Positions 26,975 to 37,510 of a DNA stretch of 64,000 bases are shown piece after piece. A program made the position numbers and the translations under genes. The first letter of the stretch is position 1. The number at the start of each line of letters is the position of its first letter. Source of the stretch: Welwitschia mirabilis (lineage: Eukaryota); contig JBOZIK010000001.1 in NCBI GenBank assembly GCA_051453625.1, forward strand, positions 21,488,386 through 21,552,385. The letters run 5' to 3'. The notes under the pieces are model-generated. The model made no database searches and was not told the origin of the DNA. It saw nothing but the letters and a program-made list of their open reading frames with translations.

Positions 26975-27760
26975 CTATTGATCTTTGTCTTTGACTTCCA
27001 TTATTTGCAAGGACACTCTCCTATCAGAAAATTCATGATGTTTATTAATAAGCTCCATTATTTTCTCAAGATAATCATTACTAAGAAATTTGATATCATC
27101 TCCGTTCTTATCATACAAAATCCCTTTCAATAATTTAGATCTATTTCCAAGAAATGATTTGCTATTGTTTTGGCTATTTTTGAAGATGCCATCAAACTCC
27201 AACGAATCCTTAAGTTCCAAATCCAAATAGTTTCATTTGTGCTACATCTAACACAAGGCATAATTTCATCAACTCTTTGATAAAACATCCATTCAATACT
27301 AACTAAACTATGAAGCTCTTCCTTGCATCTCTTCACCTTGTAGTTCCTTTTCAAGCTATCAACTTTGTTCATACATTGCTTCATGATTTTTGTAGTTTTC
27401 GCTCATTACCATTGAATATTCACATAGCTAAGGATATCTTCCTAGTCTTTAGTTTTCAAATAACCTTTGTCATACAAACATTTTTTGCCTAGCTATTAAG
27501 CAGCTATAACAATGTCTTAGAATGATACCAATACGTAAATACAACATGAGTAAATTTGTAGGCATTGCCATGATGGCATGATCCCTTATAAAAATTTAAA
27601 TAAGAATTTCATGAATAGTTGAAGATGCAAGAATCTCTTCATTGAGCTTTCTTACTAGGATGCATGAAAGGACACTTGGTCTCATAATGGCTACATCCTC
27701 ACGCACAACACTATACCTTAAACTCATACATCTAGAACTCATCATTGTAGAGGTTAAGCT
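26975..27760 (-). pseudogene. Decayed chimeric ORF: RR-TZF CCCH zinc-finger fragment (about 27755-27520) fused to a trihelix Myb/SANT-like domain (about 27520-27255)
   Basis: Reverse-complement translation NDEF*MYEFKV*CCA*GCSHYETKCPFMHPSKKAQ*RDSCIFNYS*NSYLNFYKGSCHHGNAYKFTHVVFTYWYH, then after one frameshift KCLYDKGYLKTKD*EDILSYVNIQ..KIMKQCMNKVDSLKRNYKV..EWMFYQRVDEIM. Confidence 0.85.
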
Positions 27761-28628
27761 TAGTAAATTGGATATGGAAGATCATTCTTAAGAGTAGATC
27801 TTTTGTTTTTTTTCCTTAATTACTTTTTTCTTCAAAATGCCACTTGAAATGCCCTAGATCTTATGTCAATGCATACCCTTTCTCACCTTTCTAGCTCACT
27901 AACTTTTTTACTGATTCACATTGCCTTTGATCATTTTTAGTGTTTAATTTACCACCATTTATACTTTCCATAACGCTTTAAGATTAGCATGCATGTTAAT
28001 GCTAACATCAACGCCATTCCTTTAATGCTTGGATTTCTTTGTTATTAAACCCAATGCAGAGAATAATGTAGTGGAAAGGGTGTTACATAGGATTCATGCA
28101 AAATGTTTAGGTTATAGGGTTATAGAAAAACTTAATAGAAATTAAAATGATAACACACTTGAAATAAAGCTCAAAGAAAAATAAACCCTAAATATTATTC
28201 TAATTTTTAAATATTTTTATCAAAAAATAAAGAATGTAATAGGAACATAAAATTGAAACAAAATTTGCAGAAAGAAGAAAAACAAAAGAAATAAGTTCTG
28301 TATTTGTTTTTTTAAACCTTCTTTTAGTTGCGACCTATATAAAACTTGTTAGATCTTTAACAAAAAAGTATGAAAAATATTGTTTAGGTTATAGTGAAAA
28401 AGTAAATAAAATTCTGAAATAAACCAATTTGATTATCATTAGAAATCTACTAGTACTAACCATTAGAAAGAAAAGAAAATGAAAGAAATACCCAAAAGAA
28501 AAATGACATGTTTGGGTTTCACTGGAAGGAACTAGTACCAACTAATGAAATAACTTAAAACGAAACTAAACTAAAAATCTAGAAGAAACTAAAATTATGC
28601 TTCTTTCAAGAAGCTATTATGTCATTAT

Positions 28629-28644
28629 CCCAGCAACAGCACCA
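28629..28644 (-). promoter_or_regulatory. Degenerate Athila-type (tRNA-Asp) primer-binding site
   Basis: Reverse complement TGGTGCTGTTGCTGGG differs from TGGCGCCGTTGCCGGG only by three C>T changes at CpG. Confidence 0.75.
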
Positions 28645-28647
28645 ACA

Positions 28648-29661
28648 TCTATCTATTAGTTAGTACAATTAAACTGAAATAAACTAAGTGAGATTCAATA
28701 TCATTCTTCTATAAGGATAATTAAGACAAACTTAATTAGAAGTTATACAAGATTGTCAAACTTATAATAAAATCCTAATACAAAAGAAAAATCAAGAGTT
28801 AAGAATTTTAATGAACTCCAATCAAAGAGGTAGAAAAATGAATAAGCTCTAAAGGTCTAGTTTAACTTATCTAACAAAATACCTTCACTCTAATGATATC
28901 CTGCAATTTCTTGAAACATATCTCAAACCATCAAGTCATAATAACTCAGGTCATGGTGACATAATTTCATTTACTACATGAGTGTTAGTAAATTTAATAG
29001 TTGCTTAGTACTTCATAGCCCTTTCATAAGTATGGAAAGTAAGGACTACAATACTCAAATTCCATTAAATAAAAGTAACTACAACCAATCAGATTAAGAA
29101 ATTTACTTAGTTATTAATAACACTTGCTAATGTAGTTTCACTTAAGTATTGTAAGTATGAAGCTATTTGCAAATTAAAATAAAAAATAAATAACTATCCT
29201 TTTCATTAATTTAGAAAACTATATTATATCAAAGGATGAAGACTAGATTGGTAGAGACTCCTTATACTAGCCTTGGAATAAGTCCATTCTAAGGATTTCT
29301 ACTATGTTTACCAACCAAAGAACCCTTACAAATAAGATCTCAAGGCTCTTTTATAGGTTAGTATGAGGTGGAAATGATTAAAGGCCTCTGACTTGTAGTG
29401 GTAGATGGACGATTACAAAGTTTTTCATGTAGCTTTAGATAGAGTCTTTATCTTCTTGCATTAGGTGAGATTATTATGATGAGTCCAACATGTAGCCCTT
29501 TGATTATAATGCTTCTTTCAATTGATGCAATTTCTATGTGTCTCCAACATCACCTCATGTAACACTGTCACATATTGCTACTATGTGTCTTCTACGTCAT
29601 CGCTATGAGTTATTAAAGATGCTAGTTATTTCTAATGTAATAACTAATTACGCCCATAACA
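28648..29661 (-). repeat. Probable Gypsy-type 5' LTR
   Basis: Adjacent to the PBS; rc TATA (CTATAAAAGAGCC) near 29350; ends CCCATAACA. No second copy was found, so boundaries are tentative. Confidence 0.5.
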
Positions 29662-30039
29662 GGATTTTAATCATTTTTCTGTGATAGTTCTAGAATGTAA
29701 CTTTTGAAGTGTTCTGCTCCAAAGGATTGCTGGTGCTAGTGAACTAGATAATGGCACTAGTTTCTTTGATTAGATGATCCTTAACTTTCAGCATGTTCTT
29801 TAGAATATAGTAAATAGGTTAAAAATGTCATGGAAATGTGATAAGTTCATAAATCATGTTTAAAAAGAGTAGAATACATAATTTTATGATAAATTGGTTA
29901 TTTTAAATGTCATTTTAAGCTAAAATAGTTAGATAACTTGACCATGTTAAAACATTCTACTCCTAATACATTAAGCATAGTAGTGAAAATGGACATTAGC
30001 TTCTTCCATCTATTCCATGGAATTTTCCTTAATGTGAAG

Positions 30040-32550
30040 CATTTATTATGGGAAAAGTAACTAGATAATGGGTTTTATTAATTAAGTGACATGTTAATCG
30101 AATGCTTTTTCTTGTTCACAGTGACTTATATAAAACTATGCCAATTTTCACACTCCAAGTCTTTCATTACTTTATATCCTTTATTGAGATCTATTAGCGT
30201 AGGTGTACATATAAAATCCAAATCACAAACTTTATATGCTTTTAAGATATTTAAAACTAAAGTGAAAAAACAAGTCAACTATAAAATCAAAAGTTTCCAC
30301 TAAGATAATAGTAGCGAGTACACATCTAGGAATTCAACATTTAAAGACTTGCCTTGGGATACCTCAACAAAATGGAATTGTCGAATGATTTAATAACACC
30401 ATCATACATATGGTGTATTCTATGATGTATTTTAGTGGTTATAAGACTTATCTTTGGGGTGAAGCAGTAAACACAACACTACATTTCAATAATCATATTG
30501 GTTGACATACTGAAAAGGGACTATCTCTAACTAAAAATGGTATTGGTACAAGCCTAATTTATACCTTTTTTAAATTTTTATTAAAAATGCTATGTCCAAA
30601 TCCCAAGAGAATTTCATGACAAATTTGGAGCACATACTCCAATTAACATCTTTGTGTGATATCTAACCGACTAGAACGGCTATCCAGTGTATCTCCTATA
30701 GCATTATAAGATCATTATTTCTCATTATGTCATCTTCTTAGATACTTTGAATAATGATTTCCGACTTTTAAGTTTCATCCTTTCTCTAACCTAGTAACCA
30801 TGTTGGATGTTGAATGTTCTATAGTTGAGAGGGAATATGTGGTAATTAATAATACTTTAATTCCTTCTATTGGTATGTTCACTTTGTAATCTATAAAAAT
30901 TAAGCAATTTTATGCTCTTAGCATTCTTAATCATCATTATAGTAGCAATTAAATGGGTTCTCCAATTGAAGAAGCTAATGCTACCTATAAGTAACATTGA
31001 AGTATTTGGCTACAGTCTATTTTCCAACATGTTTGCGATGATGAGAATGGTAAAAGTAGAACTAAATATGGCTCACACAGATCTCATGATGATGATAATG
31101 AGCTATAGTTGACCTTTGATACTAAATCAACCTCATTTAAAAATGCCATCCAACATGATCATTAGATAAAAATCATGCAAGAATAATGCAATAGTATTAT
31201 TGAAAATGGTATATGGGAGTTAGTAGATCTTCCCCTAAGGTGCATAGCGTTACCTAACAAATGGGTTTTCCACAATGATTATAATGCAAATAATACCCTT
31301 AAGCAACATAAATCTTAGCTTCTTGTTATAAGCCTATGACAATATTAAGGACTTAATTACAATGAAGTCTTCACACTAATAACAAAATGGGCTACCATCA
31401 AAATAGTGATTGCCTTGGTAGCCCAAAGAGGATGGAAGCTTCATCAATTGAACATACAGATTTTCCTTCTCCATGGAGATCTAAAAGAAGAAATTTACAT
31501 GATACAACCAAAGGCCTTTGAAGTAGAAGGTAAAGAATATAAAGTGTGTAAATTGATTAAGTATTCATATGGCCAAGATGTAAATTCCATAGTATTCATG
31601 AAATATAATGGGCAAAAATATACATAAATAGTGGTGCATGTACATGATATACTAATAATCAGAAGTGATGAAGAAGATGTGAAAAAGATAAAAATTATTT
31701 TAAGTAAGGAATTTAAGATTTCTAATATTGGATTAACCAGATTCTACATAAGTGTGAAAATTATTCAGAAAGAAAATGGAATATTTTTAATACAAAAAAA
31801 GTACATTAGATATCTAATCTAGAGTTTGGATTAAAAAAATGCAAAAAAAGCTATAACACCTTTGGGAAAAAAATGCCAAGGCATCAACCGACAAAGACTT
31901 AAAACCTATAAATGAAACTAAAAACAAAATAATAATAGGAATCCTAATTTACATAATCAACACTAGATTAGATCTATCATATGTTATTGATGTACTATCA
32001 TGATATCTTCATGCACCCAAGGTTACTCATCTGAACATTGCAAATAGAGTACTGAGATACCTGAAAAAGATAAAAGATTTAGGTTTAACCTATAAAAGAA
32101 ACTTTCAATTAGTTCTAAAGGCACTCTCTAATTCTAATTTCGCTAAATAAACTGATACTTTATTATCAACATCAAGGTATATCATGTTCTTAGAGACTTC
32201 ATTCCTGTCTTAGCAATTAAAGCGTAAGAAAACTATAACGTAATCTTCTACTAAGGTGAAATATTTAGCTACTTCTAAGGAATGTAGAGAAATAGAATGG
32301 TTGAGAAAATTATTAGCGTTAGTGAAATTCAAATAGACTAAGATGATAGAGTTGTTCATTGATAATCAGTTACCAATTTATCTAGCAAAAGATCTAAGAC
32401 ATCATAATAAGATAAAAACACTTGTGGGATGGGGTTCATATAAGTTATTTGACCATAGAGTAAACTGCTACTATTCTTATAAAACCACTTGGTCGAGAAA
32501 AGTTCTAGCATTTTTAATCCAAAATGGAATTGATAATGAGTTGATTTAAG
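30040..32550 (+). pseudogene. pol: Decayed Copia pol (integrase, RT, RNase H) of a non-SIRE family
   Basis: LVHSDL; KSKSQTLYAFKIFKTKVKKQ..KIKSF; PQQNGIVE; IALVAQRGWKLHQLNIQ..LHGDLKEEIYMIQP; VHVHDILI; ELFIDNQLPIYLAKD. Confidence 0.9.
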
Positions 32551-32675
32551 CTCCTTTTTCTTCTCTTGTACATTATGGACTTTACTTAACTTTTGAGTCT
32601 CTGTTCAAAGTCACTCGTAATCCTAATACTATGAGATGTGTAGCATAATTTTGACCTAACCAATACGAAGGGAAG

Positions 32676-33063
32676 TGTAGGGATTTTAAGATGCATAATA
32701 CACATAATAGTCCTATCTATTATGGGATGTGTAGCAGTAAATTGACTACTTCTTTAATGAAGTAGTTCCCTCACATGATAACTTCTTTAGGAAGGTTTTA
32801 TTTTAAGCTGCATTCCCAAGGTTTTTCTCTAGGCACTTCGGTTTTCCCTTGGAAGAGATCGTATTCTCATATTTGGGCGAAATTGCTAAGGCTTGTAGTG
32901 CACACCATGATTACATGCCTAGGGAAGCGTGTAAACTCTAGTAAATCCTTAATAGTGTGCTTTTCTTTAAAAGCAAGCTCTTTAGTGTAATAAAGGAAGA
33001 GAAATAAAATTTTCATTTTGGCAAACATCTTACTTAGTTTTACTTGTTCTCCTATTCTCAACA
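32676..33063 (+). repeat. Probable 3' LTR of the 30-32.5 kb Copia
   Basis: PPT-like GAAGGGAAG (32667-32675) followed by TGTAG...TCAACA. Confidence 0.6.
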
Positions 33064-33080
33064 GCGAGTTGATATAGACT

Positions 33081-33700
33081 TTGGTTTGAAGAACTTTATA
33101 TAATCTTAAAGCTTGTTTGAAGATAAGTTCATGTTGATTGTTATGGTAGATACATTCTACTTCATAGATTTCTATTAAACTGGGTTACTTAGCTCATCCT
33201 AAAAGGATACTTTGTCATAGACCAACACTCAAGGGATTGAACCCATGACATCTTAAAAAAATTTTATTTCAGGATCCAACATAATCTCCTCCCCCTTTAT
33301 CACCTAATTTTGTTGGGAGTCTAAATTTAACGCAACCTTCGACTTTAGTGGGTTCGTATAAACATTGGTTTGAAAACCTTTACAATGTTTTAGACCTTAT
33401 CTGAGGGCAAGCTTACGTGAATTGTTATGGAAGAAATATCATGTTGCATAGATTTCTATGAAACCGAATTACCTAGCTATTACTAAGAGGGCACCTTCTA
33501 ACTTCCTAACACTTAAGAGCAGGCAAGTTCATGTTCATGTGAAGTGTTATGGGAAAAATATCATAACACATTGATTTTTATTAAACCGATTTATGTAGTC
33601 CAAGAGTGCACCTTCTCACTTAGTGACACTCAAAGGGGTTGAACCCTAAACCTTTAAATCTATAAGCTCAAAAATGCTCTAACGACTAATTGAGCTATGT
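33081..33700 (-). mobile_element. Three diverged copies of a tRNA-derived SINE-like repeat
   Basis: Units at about 33081-33256, 33365-33518 and 33523-33700 share TGTTATGG..CAT.GATTT.TAT.AAAC.G..ACACT. The rc of 33635-33697 is tRNA-like (TAGCTCAATTAG..AGAGCA..GGTTCAACCCC). Confidence 0.65.
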
Positions 33701-36091
33701 GTGGAGGGACGTGTGAATTGTTGCAAAAGGAAATGTATTTTGTGATGGAGCCAAAATTAAGAGTCTTTTTAAGAAAGTATTTAATAAGAAAATTAACGTA
33801 TAGAAGAGGGGCATGATAGAGTCAACTTGTAAAATCCAAAAGTCCCATGTTCGTTGAATAATGTATTTCATTTCAAATTAGAGATAATATCACGACGCAA
33901 CCTTAACGACGCAACTCATGGTTATTGTTAGTAAATAACGGAAACATAATGGCTGTTTGTTCCGCATTGGAATAATTTTTCCGTTATTAGATTGGGGGAA
34001 TACTTTAGCAAGCTACAGGTGACAAGAAGCAGAAGAGCAGAAGAAACCAGCATTTGGAAGCAGTTCAGTAGCAGCTGCAGAAGCAGCTTCGAGTAATGGA
34101 CAAAAGTCTTTTGTGATGGACCGTCCAATTCGGATTGTTGCAGCGACAGTAAGAAAAGCTTTTTCTTTTTCCTTTTTTATAGATCGAACGAGAAATTCGT
34201 TTAAAGCTTTTAAATTCTTTGCGTTTTTCTTTGATTCGATGACAGACAGATATATGATCTGCAACTCATGTTATTAAATGATGTTTCTTCTGGTAAAAGT
34301 GCTTTCCGTTTCGCAGACGCCTTCACGCCTGAGCTTCTGCTGCGAGAGTTAACTCATTTTTAATCGTAAGCGCGCAGTTTCCTTTCATTTTATTTGTTAT
34401 TTTGTTTGCTTCCGAATGGATGACTCGTTGTTATTCTTTTAAGGATTTAGGGATAAGTATTTCTTTAAGAATTGTGAAATCGAGAACTTGGACCTTCCTT
34501 TTCAGTCTTTGCGTGGATACCGCATTATTAGGATACAAGGATTTAGCTTTTCACTGTTTTCGGTCCTTCAGTTGTCGATCGGCAACAAAATTTGAAAATT
34601 TATTGCTTCATTTGTGCTTCTTGTAATTCTTTCTTTAGCGTTCCGGACGGTGATCTTTTCGTCTTTCTGTCGATAAATTTCGTGAAATAGGACTAAAGAG
34701 AGTAAAAACCGTCTCTTTGCTAAAATTCTCACTTTTGCATAGAAGGAGCTGAATAGAAGGGCAAATTGATGATTAATTTGATCTGGATTATCGTTTTTGT
34801 AAAGAAAATGTATTTTTGTAGTTTTAGCGATAGTGCGTAGTCAGGCGCAGGTTCGATATTCAATAAAGGGAGCACGAAAAGGTGTTCTCAAGGGCAATGC
34901 ATTTTCATGGATTGATGTAGGCCACTAAAATGTAAACTGTCGGCGGGCAAATAAGAACTTTTAAACGATCCTCGTGCGAGACGGCCAGGCCACAACCTTA
35001 TGCCTTTTGGAGGAAGTTTCGGATTCAATGATAGCTCGTTACTCCGTTAATTTCTCGCGTACCTCTTTTATGCGGAGCCACAAAAGAGGATTGTGTTCTT
35101 TTTTGAGAAAACCATTAAGAATTTGGAAGGAGGGAATGCATTTTTCGCATTCCAAAGAAACCGACTGCAGCTTCCGATTTTCCAACTGCTCGGTCTTCTT
35201 TGGTTTTCTTAGTAAGCTTGACCGTTCTTTCACTTAACGCTATGTTTTTTCGCAGCTTAAGATTAGCGGAAGCTGCAAAATAAGAAAATAGATGGCTTGT
35301 AAATTACTCGTTGGAAGAATTTTCATAAAGCGTAACGTCTTACTCTGCTTCTCCTCGCAGTTTACATTAATTGCCCATCAATGAATGTAGCTGGCATGGG
35401 TCCTTGCTCGTTGCCTTGGGCAAACAAGAAAATGCTTTAGCCCCTATGCCATGTGCATGTTTCATGGAACGCAAAGCAAGAGAGTGCTTAGTATTGAGTT
35501 TTCCGTCTTTAGCACCCGATTCGGTTTTTCCCGTGAGATGACGTAAATGTGGTAGTCGTTGTGAGTTTCTGTTAATTAAGGTGAGAAATCCGTCGAGACG
35601 GAAAAGAGATGTCCTTCCCGAAGCTTTTGTTCTAAGATTTTTCCCTAATTAAATCCCTTTACTTCTAAATAGACGTTGTGGTTCCATGTTAGGGCAAGCG
35701 TCCTTGTCAGATCTCCGCTTTACGTCATCTCATTGGGCATAATTACCTGGGGTCTACCAAGGGAAAAATATAGCTGGGTCAAACTCAAAAAGGTTCGAAG
35801 CTATATCGCCTGGTGTTTCTGTCAAGTGACGTTGGTTTCTAGCTCGGCTAGGAACTTCCTCTCGACAGATTGTCGATGCAGGTTTTTGGCCTTCTCTCAT
35901 CCACTCTTTTAGCAAGATCAAATAGAACAGTAGGCTTCAGAAGCCATTCTCTCTTCAGAAGATGCGCTGGTGGCCCTAGCTAGTCTCTCTCACATTGTAA
36001 AATCTGCGAGGCTTGTTTGCCTGTGAAAATGAAGTGGATTGGTTGTTGCTTGGGTGTTCTAGCAGAGTAATGCCGGAAACCTTTTCCGGCA

Positions 36092-37278
36092 ATGACGATC
36101 GTCTTGAGCATTATGATAACATTGAGTTTGCTCAAGAAGCAATCTGTGCTTTTCTTGCTGGTGGTTTGGTGCCTCGTTTCCGGCAAGGCTTCGCAGGATG
36201 AAGAAAAGGTAGTGTTACTGAATTTCAAAAGCAGAATTATAATGGACCCGTTAAAAGTATTAGGGTCTTGGAACCCTTCCGATCCGTCTTCGTGCCACTG
36301 GGGAGGTGTTAGCTGTGACAGGGATGGCAACGTGGAGAAAGTTATTTTGCAGGGTAAAAATCTTAGCGGCATTCTTTCTTCTGACCTGAGCAAGCTGTCG
36401 CACCTTCGCACGCTTTCTCTTTCTGCAAATAATTTTAGAGGCCAAATCCCTCCACAGCTAAGCGAGATAGCTACTCTTTGGAAGCTTAATCTTAGCAACA
36501 ACGCATTTGCCGGTTCGATTCCGCCTGATTTGGGGAATTTGTCGAATCTGCGCATGCTAGATGTATCTGGTAATTTCCTCTCCGGGGCCTTACCAAACTC
36601 ACTTTTCAAGTTATGTGGCAAATTGCGCTACATTGCTTTGTCTAATAATAACTTTTCTGGCACGATTCCGCAAGAGATTGCTCAATGTGGGAGGCTTGAA
36701 GGCGTAGATTTTTCTTTAAACAATCTTGAGGGAATTTTTCCCGTACAAGTATGCAATCTTCCTTCGATATCGTATGTGTCGCTCAATCACAACAGGTTTA
36801 GTGGGAATATGCCTCCGGAGTTGTCAAGTTGCGAAAACCTACAATATTTGGATTTAGGGAGCAATCTTTTTTCTGGGAGTCTTTCTCAAGGTCTTTTAGC
36901 GTTGCCAATGCTGAAACATCTCAATATTTCCCAAAATAGGCTTTCAGGCGAGATCCCCTTTGTGGCAAAATGTGATAACGTCGAAGAAATTTACCTTGAT
37001 TCTAATAACTTAACAGGTAGTATTCCTTCAAGTATAGAATCATGTAAAAAGCTTAAGGTTCTTGATCTGGGCAGTAATGCGATCACTGGGAACATTCCTC
37101 CCGAGATAGGAAATTTGACCCAGTTATCTGCACTCAAGCTTGGCAGAAATGATATAGGTGGTACTATACCTTATGAAATAGGCAAAGTTGAGCTTCTTCA
37201 AGTTCTTGACCTTCATCAATTGCATTTGTCGGGTCTTATTCCTGAAGTGCTTTCTAATTGCAGATTCTTGATAGAACT
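36092..37278 (+). CDS. LRR receptor-like kinase, exon 1 (signal peptide, LRRNT, LRRs); LRR-VII / At1g12460-like
   Basis: Hydrophobic N-terminus, DPLKVLGSW..CHWGGVSC cap and plant-type LxxLxLSxNxxSGxIP repeats; GT donor at 37279 (GAACT|GTAAGT). Confidence 0.95.
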
Positions 37279-37510
37279 GTAAGTGAACTTTTCGTGTTGA
37301 TTCTTTATTGTTGTGTTGCTGAGACATCGTCTACTTCAATTTGTACTGTGTATTTTAATGGATCTCTCTCAGTGGCTCTTTTTATTGAATCAGTGTAATA
37401 AAAAATTTCCTTCGCAAATCCTGTTATAGATTACATGGAAATTCAGCTTTCAATACCATTTCGTTGTGGGGTCGATACATTATAGTTTTTGTTTCTGGGG
37501 TTGTTTGCAG

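Noticed and set aside
27127-27520. PIF/Harbinger Myb-like ORF as the source of the trihelix domain
   Set aside because: No DDE transposase or TIRs were seen, and the domain is joined to a TZF fragment downstream of an LTR-type PBS. Not fully excluded.
33635-33700. Functional tRNA gene
   Set aside because: Stems are disrupted and it is attached to a repeated non-tRNA body, so it is better read as a SINE head.
35535-35730. TGACGTAA / TTACGTCA bZIP-type motifs upstream of the RLK
   Set aside because: Short motifs are expected by chance in a CpG-retaining region; no supporting evidence.
37464-37510. ORF-track start of the 504-aa ORF as a separate gene
   Set aside because: It begins at a TTG inside the intron; the true exon starts after the AG at 37510.
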